Positions 1-9,599 of a stretch of 64,000 nucleotides of DNA are shown here, piece after piece. The stretch covers positions 96,001 through 160,000 of the forward strand of contig CAVTUQ010000012.1 of NCBI GenBank assembly GCA_963737905.1, read 5' to 3'. Position 1 is the stretch's first letter. Every line of letters begins with the position of its first letter. Made by a program: the position numbers and the translations under genes. The DNA is from an uncultured delta proteobacterium (GTDB taxonomy: Bacteria > Desulfobacterota > Binatia > UBA9968). The notes below the pieces were generated by a model. It did no database searches, was not told the origin of the DNA, and saw only the letters and a program-made list of their open reading frames with translations.

Positions 1-2
1 AG

Positions 3-493
3 GATGTCACGCAGGTGATGTTCGAGCTCAGGGGCGATGAATTTCTGCGCTCTTCGAAGCTGCTCACCGCCTTGGCAAAGGACAACCCAAGTTCTACATG
101 GATCAAAAACCCAATCCGGAAATCTACCGACTAGTCGAAGCCCCCAACCGTGACATAGGCCCAACGAGCATCAAGCGTGCGCTAAAAACCGTCATCCATG
201 TGGCGGCGGCGAGAGTCGTCGAGCTTGGAGAATCGCCGGCTACCGTGGACTTTATCGCTACGGAGGGAGTAAAAATTCCTCAGGCGCCGTTGAAAGAAAT
301 GGACAGCCTTGGGGCCATGGCTGTACTTAAAGAGTTATCGGAGCTTAACCAAGAGATGCCGGAGATATCTTTGACGCCGCCCGAGCTTCTCACCGTCATG
401 GCTGGTGAAGGACAATCCTTTTACATGAGTGACCGTCCCAATCCCTGGTTGCTATCACAGGTAAAGCCGCCAACCGTTCATGCGAGCCATTGA
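3..493 (+). CDS. 3' part of a probable 3-hydroxyacyl-CoA dehydrogenase-like protein (truncated by window edge, apparent frameshift near 40)
   Basis: Frame 3 DVTQVMFELRGDE continues in frame 2 as SALFEAAHRLGKGQPKFY, resembling the 3HCDH C-terminal RLG-K--G-FY motif; overlaps the next gene start. Confidence 0.4.
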
Positions 494-1313
494 CGTCCAC
501 GTTCATCCGAGCACGCGCGGTCTGGACTGCGACGCGTGTGCTTATTTTAGGAGAGAGCTGAACGAAGTTCCCACCACGGAGGAAAAGTTCGCCGAGTTAT
601 TTGTCACGCAGCAGGTCAAAGCGCTGCTTATCGGCTGGCATCCTTCCACCGTGGAGAACGGAAACCGAAACAGCAACGAGCATGTCATTGAGCTGGTTAC
701 AAAGTATCCGGCCGCGTTTGCCGGAGTCCTGGCATCGCTAAACGTGGGATCCCAGCCTTTGGCGGAACTTATCCAACAGGCCGAGGGGCTATTAAAAAAT
801 CCCGCAGTCAAAGGCTTCAAATTCCACCCACCGGATCAAAATTTCTACCCCAACGATAGAAAGCATTATGGTTTGTGGGAAACGCTGGAGGCGGGGCAGA
901 AGCCGGTCATGTTTCACACCGGATTTACGGTTCTGGGAGCCAATCAAGATGGCGGCAAGGGAATCGGCCTGGATTGCGGGCGGCCGATTCATCTCGATAC
1001 ACTGGCACGAGATTTTCCGCGTCTGAAAATTATCGCTGCTCACCCGGGCTGGCCCTGGCAAGAGGAGCTTATCGGCGTGGTCACGCACAAGAAGAATATC
1101 TGCGTGGATACCTCCGGCTATTTGGCGGAGCAGTTGCCGGAGCTTTTTAAAAGAGCGATCGGCGGGCGTCTCCAGGACAAGGCGCTTTTCGGCACCGATT
1201 TCCCCTATGTGGATCTGGAGAAAGCGTTAATAAGCTTCGACAAGCTGGGGCTGAAAGATCCGGTGAAAGAAAAAATTCTTATTGCGAACGCGCGCGCGTT
1301 GTTTGCTCTTTGA
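480..1313 (+). CDS. Amidohydrolase family 2 protein
   Basis: IDVHVH, GFKFHP, MFHTG, IAAHPGWPW, LFGTDFP motifs. Confidence 0.9.
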   Translation: MRAIDVHVHPSTRGLDCDACAYFRRELNEVPTTEEKFAELFVTQQVKALLIGWHPSTVENGNRNSNEHVIELVTKYPAAFAGVLASLNVGSQPLAELIQQAEGLLKNPAVKGFKFHPPDQNFYPNDRKHYGLWETLEAGQKPVMFHTGFTVLGANQDGGKGIGLDCGRPIHLDTLARDFPRLKIIAAHPGWPWQEELIGVVTHKKNICVDTSGYLAEQLPELFKRAIGGRLQDKALFGTDFPYVDLEKALISFDKLGLKDPVKEKILIANARALFAL

Positions 1314-1462
1314 TTGCGGCGGGAGAGTCGTGGACAAGGTCTGATGGGGGAGTTGGAGAAAATCAGGAGTACCGCTTTCGCGGTAATGACGACTGGGAAG
1401 CAGCGACTTATTCAATAAACCGAGCAGACGATAAATCGGGTAACACGATTGGAGATCGAGAT

Positions 1463-2455
1463 ATGAAAATTTGTAACGTTATCTTGATCGTTGTCGTTTC
1501 GTTTTTCTTTCTTCGAGCGCCAGTAGCGGAAAGCGCGAGTCTAACCCCGATCCGGGTCGGCTACCCCTCACCCAGCGCTAACTTCTACCCTCTCTTTGCA
1601 ACCAAGGAAGCAAATCTCTTCGAAAAGCACGGCTTCGAGCCCGAAATGATCTACGTGCAAGGGGTCCAGTTGATTGCTGTCCATGTGGCGGGCCAGCTCG
1701 ACTTTTCGTCGGTTTCCGGCCTGGTTTTTCTGCAGGCGTCGGTGGAAGGCTCGGACCTTATTCTCGTGGCTAGCTCCAATGACAGCCAGCCCATGAAGCT
1801 CATGGCCCACACCGGCGTTACGGGCTCTGCAGACCTCAAGGGAAAAACCATAGCGGTCACGCGCTTTGGCTCACTGACCGATCTTCTGCTTCGTCCCGTA
1901 CTGAAAAAATGGGGACTCGATCCGCAGAAAGATGTGAAGCTGCTGCAGATCGGACGATTGCCGGATATGGTGACGGCCATTGCGCAAAAGAAAGTGGATG
2001 CGGGCGTTATTTCTTTCCCCAATTCCTTGCAGGCCGAAAAATTGGGCATCAAGACGATTCTGGACTTTGCCGACTCTGGTTTGGATATTCCCTCTACCAC
2101 AATAGTGGTGAGCCGCAAATACAGCCAGTCTCACAGGGACATGGTCCTAACATTTCTCAAGGCCTATGTTGAAGGGACTCGCCGCCTGCTAACGGACAGA
2201 GAGTTGGGCATTAGGGCACTGAGAAAATACGGCGGCGTCGAGGACAGGGAGCTGCTCAACACGACCTATGATCTTTTCACCACCCGCTATACAAAAAAGG
2301 TCCCGAAGATCAACCCTAAAGCGGTGGAAACCGCGTTGAGCCTACTCGCCGAGAACAATCCGAAAGCCAGAGGCCGCAAAGCGGAAGAATTCATGGACTC
2401 AAGTTTTATGGACGAGTTGGAAAAGACCGGTTTCATCAAGTCGGTGTGGCCATGA
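1463..2455 (+). CDS. ABC transporter substrate-binding protein, NMT1/SsuA/THI5 family
   Basis: Signal peptide from ATG 1463 (GGAG upstream); LFEKHG, DLKGKTIAVTRFGSLTD. Confidence 0.88.
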   Translation: MKICNVILIVVVSFFFLRAPVAESASLTPIRVGYPSPSANFYPLFATKEANLFEKHGFEPEMIYVQGVQLIAVHVAGQLDFSSVSGLVFLQASVEGSDLILVASSNDSQPMKLMAHTGVTGSADLKGKTIAVTRFGSLTDLLLRPVLKKWGLDPQKDVKLLQIGRLPDMVTAIAQKKVDAGVISFPNSLQAEKLGIKTILDFADSGLDIPSTTIVVSRKYSQSHRDMVLTFLKAYVEGTRRLLTDRELGIRALRKYGGVEDRELLNTTYDLFTTRYTKKVPKINPKAVETALSLLAENNPKARGRKAEEFMDSSFMDELEKTGFIKSVWP

Positions 2456-2552
2456 ACCGGGAGGATCAGACTTGCAACTCAAAGAAGTCTCTTTCTTCTG
2501 ATAAGGTTAAGAAGACAGAGAGTTGGGTTGGCAAGAGAGGAGAATCCTTTAG

Positions 2553-4244
2553 ATGGCGGAACTAGCACGCACAGCATCACAGGCCTATCTGGAAGTGGCG
2601 GCGGCTCATGGCGTCGATTACGTTTTCGGCCTACCCGGCACCAGCGGTCAGGAATTTATTGGCACGATCGCGGATCAGGAAAAAATTCGCTTTATTCTCG
2701 CGCTCCATGAGACCTGCGTCGTCTCTATGGCCGATGGTTATGCGCGAGTCACAGGACGGCCGAGTCTGGCCCAGTTGAGCACGCTTCCCGGCACCGCCAA
2801 CTCCGTGGGCGCGCTTTACGATGCTTACCGGGACCGATCTCCCGTCGTGCTGACCTCCACCAACGTTGACACCCGGATCGTCGGCCGGGATTCGCATACC
2901 GAGGGAAAAGATCTCGTCGAGCTGACCAAGCAGTTCACGAAATGGAGCTGCGAGGTCCACCGCGCTGACCGTATTCCGGAAATATTGAATCGGGCGTTCA
3001 AAGTTGCTTCGACGCCGCCGACCGGTCCGGTTTATCTCTCTCTTCCCAGTAACCTTCTCGGCGAGTCGATCAGCGTGCAAAATCCAGCTGTGGAACGGTC
3101 TCGCATCGTTCCTCGTATGGCGGGTGATCCGGACGCGCTGAAAGACGCAGCCAAATTGCTTGCCCAGGCCAGGCGACCGCTTATCGTCGGCGGAAGCGGC
3201 GTGGCCAAGGCGGGTGCTATCGAAGAGCTTGTCAAACTAGCGGAGATGGTAGCGGCACCGGTGGTCATGGAACCGCGTTATTCTTTTCTGAGCTTTCCGA
3301 CGACGCATCCTTACAGTTTTCAGATCGCGGAACGACAACCGACGTTCAACCTTCCCGTCTGGGGCGAACCGGATCTCATTTTTGCCATCGGCTGCCGGTT
3401 GATCCGAGAGTACCGCTACATTCCCGAACCCGTGATTAAGACCGAGACCCTTTGCGTTCATATCGAGGAAGATCCCTGGGAGATCGGCAAAGTGTTTCCC
3501 GTCGATTTGGGAGTCGTGGCCGACCCCAAGAGCGCTTTACGTTCCCTCATCGAGATCTTTCCCATATTCTCCGAGCAATCCAACGGTAACCGAAAAACGG
3601 AACGAATCGAATGCCTCCAGAAGGCCAAGGCTCAGATCAATGCTGAGTTGGAAAGTCGAGTCAAAGCAGGTTGGGATGCAACGCCGATCAATGCGGCGAG
3701 ATTAATGCGCACTATGGACAAGCTCATCGACCAGGATGCTTTGATTGTCAATGAAAGCCCCACGAGCAAAGACATTCTCATGGCCAATTTCCAGTTCACT
3801 TCCGCCAGATCCTATTTTTCCAACTCCTCCGCGGGCCACCTGGGATGGGGACTTGGCGCAGCCATCGGCGCCGCGCTGGCTTCTCCTAAACGGCGTGTGG
3901 TGGCTTGCCTGGGGGACGGCAGCGCGATGTTTGGTATTCAAGGACTGTGGACGCTGGCCAAATACCGAGTCCCGCTGCTTGTAATTGTCTTTAACAACCG
4001 GGCGTACATGGCGGTGAAGAACCAATTCCGCGGGCCGGAGGAGCGCATCAGAATTGCCGCAGAGATGGGTGCGGAGCTTGTGGGTCCTGAGATAAATTTT
4101 TCCCGGCTGGCGGAGACCTTCGGTATTTTTGGTCAACGGGTAGAACAGCCGGAGGCCATCGAGCCGGCATTGAAACGGGCCCTCGAACAATCCGGACCGG
4201 CAGTTTTAGACGTCGTCATCAACCAGAATACGAGGAAAGATTAG
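2553..4244 (+). CDS. Thiamine-diphosphate-dependent enzyme (benzoylformate decarboxylase/acetolactate synthase-like)
   Basis: VFGLPGT, LHE, MADGYAR and ThDP motif GDGS...NN. Confidence 0.92.
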   Translation: MAELARTASQAYLEVAAAHGVDYVFGLPGTSGQEFIGTIADQEKIRFILALHETCVVSMADGYARVTGRPSLAQLSTLPGTANSVGALYDAYRDRSPVVLTSTNVDTRIVGRDSHTEGKDLVELTKQFTKWSCEVHRADRIPEILNRAFKVASTPPTGPVYLSLPSNLLGESISVQNPAVERSRIVPRMAGDPDALKDAAKLLAQARRPLIVGGSGVAKAGAIEELVKLAEMVAAPVVMEPRYSFLSFPTTHPYSFQIAERQPTFNLPVWGEPDLIFAIGCRLIREYRYIPEPVIKTETLCVHIEEDPWEIGKVFPVDLGVVADPKSALRSLIEIFPIFSEQSNGNRKTERIECLQKAKAQINAELESRVKAGWDATPINAARLMRTMDKLIDQDALIVNESPTSKDILMANFQFTSARSYFSNSSAGHLGWGLGAAIGAALASPKRRVVACLGDGSAMFGIQGLWTLAKYRVPLLVIVFNNRAYMAVKNQFRGPEERIRIAAEMGAELVGPEINFSRLAETFGIFGQRVEQPEAIEPALKRALEQSGPAVLDVVINQNTRKD

Positions 4245-4365
4245 CCGCAAAGAACGCATAGAGCGCAAATTGTATCGATCAGAGGACTCATCGGGGAGGC
4301 GCTGAGCGCGCAGACTAAAGAGTTCTTTGTTTTCATCTCTGCGAACTCTGTGCCTCTGCGGTGAA
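4245..4365. repeat. Intergenic ~9-nt period imperfect fold-back repeat
   Basis: cgcaaagaa cgcatagag cgcaaa ... ctctgcgaa ctctgtgc ctctgcggt. Confidence 0.5.
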
Positions 4366-4410
4366 AGGCTTTCACAAAGTGCTGCAACCATAAGGAACAA
4401 GGGGGTAGAT

Positions 4411-4785
4411 ATGAAACAGGATGCCAAAGAGGCTTTCAAGAAAACCGCGCTCGGTGCTCAAAACACCGCCTACGACATCATCGCGAAATTGGATCCGGAA
4501 TATTTCGAAAAACTCAAAGGGCTCTATGTGGACGGCACTTTCGGCAGGGAAGGCGCCTTGCCGAGAAAGACCAAGGAGCTGATCATGATCGGTATTACCT
4601 GCGCATTGAATCGTCCGCGCGGGGTGCGCCTGCACTGCGAGAGAGCGCTGGCTTTGGGAGCGAGCCCCAGGGAAGTTCTCGAGGCCGTGGAGGTCGCAGC
4701 CATCCCCGGCGGCATGCCTGGTTTGTGGTTAGGAGTCGAAACGCTGCAGGACATTCTCAAGGTAAAAGAGATAGAGTTTAAGTGA
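4411..4785 (+). CDS. Carboxymuconolactone decarboxylase (CMD/AhpD-like) family protein
   Basis: GALPRKTKELI...H..RAL.LGAS..EV.EA motif; no CxxC. Confidence 0.85.
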   Translation: MKQDAKEAFKKTALGAQNTAYDIIAKLDPEYFEKLKGLYVDGTFGREGALPRKTKELIMIGITCALNRPRGVRLHCERALALGASPREVLEAVEVAAIPGGMPGLWLGVETLQDILKVKEIEFK

Positions 4786-4812
4786 GTTTTATTAACCCAC
4801 TTCGCTGACAGC

Positions 4813-4856
4813 TTGAACGGCCTGAACAGAGCGAAGCGGTTGAACGAATTGAACCC
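4813..4856. repeat. Intergenic TTGAAC-type 9-mer tandem repeat
   Basis: ttgaacggc ctgaacaga gcgaagcgg ttgaacgaa ttgaaccc. Confidence 0.55.
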
Positions 4857-4861
4857 GGCAT

Positions 4862-6073
4862 GTGAAACACATGAGTGATCATCATCCAGGCCCTCTCGAT
4901 GGCATCCGAGTTCTCGACCTCACCCGGGTTTTGGCCGGTCCTTACTGCACCATGTTTTTGGGCGACCTGGGTGCCGAGGTCGTCAAAGTCGAACAGCCCG
5001 GTGTCGGGGACGACACTCGCGGCTGGGGTCCGCCGTTTGCCGGCGGAGAGAGCGCGTACTTTCTTTGCATCAACCGGAACAAGAAGAGCGTTACCGTCGA
5101 TCTCAAATCGAAGGAAGGCGTCGCGCTCCTTCGGCGGCTCGCGGAGCGCGCCGATGTGCTGATCGAAAATTTTCGCCCGGGAACAATGGAGCGCCTCGGC
5201 TTGAGCGAAAAGGAATTACGGGTAGTCAATCCCAAGCTTATCTACGCTTCCCTTTCCGGCTTCGGCGCGGACGGTCCCATGAGTGATGCACCTGGTTACG
5301 ATCTGATTGTTCAGGCCTGGGGCGGTTTGATGAGCATCACTGGGCAGCCCGACGGCGAGCCCACTAAAGTTGGGGTCGCGATCATGGATCTGGTCGCCGG
5401 CTTGATGTTGGGCAAGTCGATTACCGCCGCGCTTTTCGCTCGTGAAAAATTAGGCGCCGGGCAAAAAATCGATACGTCGTTGCTCGAAGCAGAGGTGGCG
5501 TCATTGATCAATGTGGGAAGCAACTACCTGCTCGAGGGAAAAATCCCACAGCGGTGGGGCAATGCCCACCCCAGTATCGTCCCTTATCAGAGCTTCAAGA
5601 CCGCGGATGGCTATTTGGTAATCGGGGTCGCCAGTGAAGGCATCTGGAGGCGCTTTTGCCAAGCGATTGGGAGAGCTGAATTGGCCGACGATTTACGCTT
5701 CGAAAAAAACTCAAACAGAGTGGAGAACAGGTCCTCGTTAATCGGTTTCCTCGGCGAAATTTTTCTGGGTCGCAGCACTGGCGTATGGTTGCAGCTTTTA
5801 AACGAAGCGGAAGTTCCCTGCGCGCCGGTCCAAACCGTCGATCAGGTCTTTAAAGCTCCACAGGTACTGCATCGAGAAATGCTAGTCGAGGTGGATCATC
5901 CCACGGCGGGCACAGTACGCATGGCCGGAATCCCCGTAAAATTCTCGCTCACTCCGGCGTCGATTCGCTTGCCGCCGCCGCTGTTAGGTCAGCACAACGA
6001 AGAAGTGCTGGCATCGTGGCTTGGAATGAATGATAAGGAAATCTCCGAGCTAAAAAGAAAGACTGTCATATGA
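4862..6073 (+). CDS. CoA-transferase family III (CaiB/BaiF)
   Basis: LDGIRVLDLTRVLAGP, NRNKKS, ENFRPG, GYD catalytic region. Confidence 0.95.
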   Translation: MKHMSDHHPGPLDGIRVLDLTRVLAGPYCTMFLGDLGAEVVKVEQPGVGDDTRGWGPPFAGGESAYFLCINRNKKSVTVDLKSKEGVALLRRLAERADVLIENFRPGTMERLGLSEKELRVVNPKLIYASLSGFGADGPMSDAPGYDLIVQAWGGLMSITGQPDGEPTKVGVAIMDLVAGLMLGKSITAALFAREKLGAGQKIDTSLLEAEVASLINVGSNYLLEGKIPQRWGNAHPSIVPYQSFKTADGYLVIGVASEGIWRRFCQAIGRAELADDLRFEKNSNRVENRSSLIGFLGEIFLGRSTGVWLQLLNEAEVPCAPVQTVDQVFKAPQVLHREMLVEVDHPTAGTVRMAGIPVKFSLTPASIRLPPPLLGQHNEEVLASWLGMNDKEISELKRKTVI

Positions 6074-6531
6074 AAGGTATCACGTTCGAAGGCTTCCATT
6101 CCGGCGATAAGTTTGAAACCGGACGGCGGACGATCACAGAGCACGACATCATGCAGTTCGTTACTCTCGTCGGCCTCACCGAGCCGCTATTTCTAGACAT
6201 GGAATACATACGCAAGGAAAGTCTCTTCGGTGAGCGCATCGCGCCGGGCAGTTTGACGTTCGGCATGGCCGAAGGACTGACCGTGCAGACGGGCATCATT
6301 CACGGCACCGGCATGGCGTTCGTCGGCATCGACCGTATGAAACTTTTTGGCCCCATTAAAGTCAACGATACAATTCAAGTCGATATCGAAGTTCTCGACA
6401 CGAAAGCGGTGCCGGCGCGGGGTGGAGGTATTGTGCGCTACCGGCAATGGGTCAAGAACCAGCGCGGCGAGACGGTCATGGAATATGACGTAGCGCGGCT
6501 GATCCGCGGCGCGGCGCAGGAGAAAAAGTAA
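6070..6531 (+). CDS. MaoC-like (hot-dog fold) dehydratase
   Basis: RTITEHDI..F......PL..D.EY......FGERIAPG; ATGA overlap with upstream gene. Confidence 0.88.
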   Translation: MKGITFEGFHSGDKFETGRRTITEHDIMQFVTLVGLTEPLFLDMEYIRKESLFGERIAPGSLTFGMAEGLTVQTGIIHGTGMAFVGIDRMKLFGPIKVNDTIQVDIEVLDTKAVPARGGGIVRYRQWVKNQRGETVMEYDVARLIRGAAQEKK

Positions 6532-6533
6532 AC

Positions 6534-6600
6534 GGTAAGGGGTAAAGGGTTAGGGGTAAGGAGACTGTTCGCGCCTCACTCCTCACCCCTTACGCCTTAC
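6534..6600. repeat. Heptamer fold-back repeat (GGTAAGG)n ... (CCTTACN)n
   Basis: ggtaagg ggtaaag ggttagg ggtaagg / cctcact cctcacc ccttacg ccttac. Confidence 0.75.
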
Positions 6601-6624
6601 TGGACTCATTACAGCGAACCAAAC

Positions 6625-7611
6625 ATGGAGCCAAGTGAGAAAACGATGAATGACACGCAAGTCAAGTTTGGCGTTCTGCTACCCACCCGGGAGGCCGTCA
6701 TCTCGGGCCGATCCGATCCCTCAGTTCTCTACCAGTTGGCTGAACGCGCCGAAGTGTTGGGGTTCCATTCGGTTTGGGTGGGCGATAGTCTGACCGCTCG
6801 ACCCCGAATTGATGCGCTCACGACTTTGGCCGCCGTGGGCGCTCGCACACGGCGGGTGCGCCTGGGTACGGCGATTTTTCTAGCGGCCCTCAGGCATCCC
6901 ATTCTGCTGGCATATCAGCTCGGCAGCTTGGATTGGATGACCGGCGGTCGGGTCGATCTCGGCGTGGGTTACGGTCGGCCCAAGGAACCGACACAGGAAC
7001 ATGAGTTTGAAATCTTAGGCCTCGCGTCCGGGGCGCGGATGAAGATGAGCGAAGAGCTGGTTCACGTAATGCGCCGGCTCTGGCGCGAGAACGATGTCTC
7101 TTACACCGGTACCTTTACTAATTTCAAACACGTGACATTGGAGCCGAAGCCGGTTCAAGCCGGAGGCGTGCCGATTTGGCTCGCGTCGAACAATGTCGAG
7201 CCGGGACTGCGGCGCGTGGGGCGCATGGGAGATGGTTGGCTGAACAATATCAAAAGTCCGGACGTGTACCGTGAGTGTTGGGAGAAAGTCCGCGGTTACG
7301 CCGCAGATGCCGGCCGCGCTCCGAATGCGATTCACCCCGCCATTTACTTTACCCTGGCTGCCGGTGGAAAAGAGGCTATCGTCGAAGGACAAACCTTTCT
7401 TGCCCAATACTACAACCGATCGTACGAGGCGGTGGCAAACGCCATGCTCTGCGTTACCGGCTCCTGGGATGAAGTGATCGATTGGATGGAGAAATATATT
7501 CAGGCCGGCGCGCAGACGGTGGTCCTTCGTTTCGCCGCGCGCGATCAGGTAGCCCATCTCGAAGCCTGCGGCGACGCTCTGAACCGGCGGGGCTTGCTTG
7601 CCTCAACTTAA
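6625..7611 (+). CDS. LLM-class (luciferase-like) flavin-dependent oxidoreductase
   Basis: AEVLGFHSVWVGDS, GARTRRVRLGT, GGRVDLGVG, PKPVQ..GVPIW. Confidence 0.92.
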   Translation: MEPSEKTMNDTQVKFGVLLPTREAVISGRSDPSVLYQLAERAEVLGFHSVWVGDSLTARPRIDALTTLAAVGARTRRVRLGTAIFLAALRHPILLAYQLGSLDWMTGGRVDLGVGYGRPKEPTQEHEFEILGLASGARMKMSEELVHVMRRLWRENDVSYTGTFTNFKHVTLEPKPVQAGGVPIWLASNNVEPGLRRVGRMGDGWLNNIKSPDVYRECWEKVRGYAADAGRAPNAIHPAIYFTLAAGGKEAIVEGQTFLAQYYNRSYEAVANAMLCVTGSWDEVIDWMEKYIQAGAQTVVLRFAARDQVAHLEACGDALNRRGLLAST

Positions 7612-7891
7612 TCTGGTTCTAGATTCGTTCTGTCGTTTTGATAGCCACGGGTCATCGGAAAGTTTGCGCAAGCAGCGAAAAGTTTGACGTATTGCAGTGC
7701 AAAGGATCACGCTCTGCCGGCCTGGAAACAGCTTGACAGATCATGGCATACGGTGAAATAAGCAGTACGCTCCTATATCTCCCAGCCGAACAGGGTTGGG
7801 TATTAATCTCGATCTCACTTCCCTAGCCTGATTCGGTTTGCGAGGTTTCGCATTTAGACATGGTCGACGTGAACTGATTAGAGTGGATAGC

Positions 7892-8080
7892 ATGGAAAAG
7901 TTTTCCCTGATGGGTGAAGAAATTCTGACCATTCGGGAAGTAGCCGACCTGCTAAAATTGCACCCGAAGACCGTCAATAAGCTTGCCAATTCTGGAAGGT
8001 TGCCGGCTTACAGGATTGGTCGGCAGTGGCGATTTCGGAAATCGGAAGTCCTAAAACTCTTAGAGAAGAAAGATGCCTAA
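7892..8080 (+). CDS. Excisionase-like helix-turn-helix DNA-binding protein
   Basis: ILTIREVADLLKLHPKTV.KLA.SGRLPAYRIGRQWRF. Confidence 0.85.
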   Translation: MEKFSLMGEEILTIREVADLLKLHPKTVNKLANSGRLPAYRIGRQWRFRKSEVLKLLEKKDA

Positions 8081-8211
8081 GCGCGGCCGACGAACTGATA
8101 AGGGAAAAGCTGTATCGGGCGGATAAGGTGATTAAATGAATTTTGAATTTGAAGTGTGTCGGGACGGAATTGAAGGGAATTGACGTGTCGTCCAACTCGG
8201 TCGCTTGACAA

Positions 8212-8631
8212 CTACGATCGCCGAAGGTGCGGATTCGCGGCGAGAAACTTGGCTGGCGATTGGATGTTGATCGACCGGTAGCGGCCGATAGACAACAGGT
8301 CCTTATCACCAGAAATGATGACTCGTGCCTTTCCTGTGATGGCGCATTCAAGAAACTTGTTGTCCGAGGGATCACGCTCAACAACGCGCAAACGTCTCCG
8401 GGGATTAACCACTTCCACATAAGGGAGAAGTTCCTCTTCGGTTAAACTTTTAATCTCGGTTTCCGAGAGCTGGAATTTGGGGTAGCTGAGAACACGCAGG
8501 TATTCTTCCAAGATGCCGCGAGAAAGTAGGACCGTAATCGCGCATCTTTGCCAGAGTGGAACAAGTTCAGAGGAGATACCCGTGAAAAGCAGAGCCGATA
8601 CCAGGACGTTGGTATCCAAGACGACACGCAC
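8212..8631 (-). CDS. PIN-domain toxin of a type II TA pair
   Basis: VVLDTNVLVSA, RDPSDNKFLECA, IISGDKDLL. Confidence 0.92.
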   Translation of the reverse strand: MRVVLDTNVLVSALLFTGISSELVPLWQRCAITVLLSRGILEEYLRVLSYPKFQLSETEIKSLTEEELLPYVEVVNPRRRLRVVERDPSDNKFLECAITGKARVIISGDKDLLSIGRYRSINIQSPAKFLAANPHLRRS

Positions 8632-8864
8632 TAACGATTCCTAGCCCAGCGGATAGCAGCGTCGACATCCTTTTCGGTCAGCCCAAGGGCCTTCATCTTG
8701 CTCCGCACCCTTTCCAATTTTGTGCCCTTGGCTTCGATCATCACTGGTTTGAGTACGATCTCCTCACCCTGGAGACTGACCTCAAAGTAGTCGGTGCTGG
8801 GAAGTTTCTCGATGATCGCTTTCGGTAGCGTGATTTGGTTTTTGACGGTCTTTTTTGCAAGCAT
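8631..8864 (-). CDS. AbrB/MazE/SpoVT-family antitoxin
   Basis: KNQITLPKAI...EIVLKP; 1-nt overlap with PIN gene. Confidence 0.88.
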   Translation of the reverse strand: MLAKKTVKNQITLPKAIIEKLPSTDYFEVSLQGEEIVLKPVMIEAKGTKLERVRSKMKALGLTEKDVDAAIRWARNR

Positions 8865-8877
8865 ATCTTAATACCGT

Positions 8878-8911
8878 GAAGTAAGGATACCTTACTTCCT
8901 GCTTTTGTCAA
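8878..8911 (-). promoter_or_regulatory. Sigma70-type promoter with overlapping palindromic operator for the TA operon
   Basis: Minus strand TTGACA (8911-8906), 16 nt, TATCCT (8889-8884); perfect inverted repeat gaagtaagg-ata-ccttacttc (8878-8898) covers the -10. Confidence 0.7.
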
Positions 8912-9206
8912 TCACGGGGAGGATCATGGCAAAAAGTGTCTAAGATTCCATCCAACGTGCTTGCACGGGCCGGTAAGTGATTTGATAGAACCGGAAAAAA
9001 GCAAGTGGTCAGCGGGAAGCGACGGTTGTTGAATCTGAGATTGTCGCGTTCATTCAGGAGGAGTTTACAATTTTTGGTGTGGGTGAGCAGGTGACAGAGT
9101 AATGTTCGAGGGACGTGTGCTTGTGAAGTCGCTAATTGATTTTCGACGGGAAAAAACGCATGAATAGGGCAGTAACAATACGGATCAGCGTCAGAAGGGA
9201 GAACAT

Positions 9207-9524
9207 ATGGCTCGACTCAAAGGGCTTTATTCAATGCTGTTTTTGACTGGGACCTTGGGGGTGCTATGCAGCTCGGTTTTATGGGCGGCTGAAGGCATTA
9301 TTTCGAAAGTTCCCGACTCATCTGGAACGTTTTGTAATCTGAAGTTTCCGGCAATTAAAGAAGATAGCCTTACCTCAGATCGACCGGAACTTAAGGATCC
9401 GAACGATGGCGATATTGTCGACTTCTACGGGGCTTGCGACCATGACCCGTTGGGGAAAGAGGAAGTCCAACGGCAAAAAGGAGATATACAGCGAGAAAAG
9501 CATCGACAGTTTGGCGATCAATGA
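9207..9524 (+). CDS. Small secreted hypothetical protein with two Cys in the mature part
   Basis: GGGGAG RBS, signal peptide, FCNLKFPAI...DFYGACDHDPLG. Confidence 0.7.
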   Translation: MARLKGLYSMLFLTGTLGVLCSSVLWAAEGIISKVPDSSGTFCNLKFPAIKEDSLTSDRPELKDPNDGDIVDFYGACDHDPLGKEEVQRQKGDIQREKHRQFGDQ

Positions 9525-9599
9525 GGGAGGAAATAGAGGCGGAGCTTAGAGGCGGCACGGCTATCGGTTTTTCTGGATCACCGACCGGCACTTCATGAC

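Noticed and set aside
7838-8864. Prophage
   Set aside because: Only an Xis-like HTH and a TA pair; no integrase, structural or replication genes
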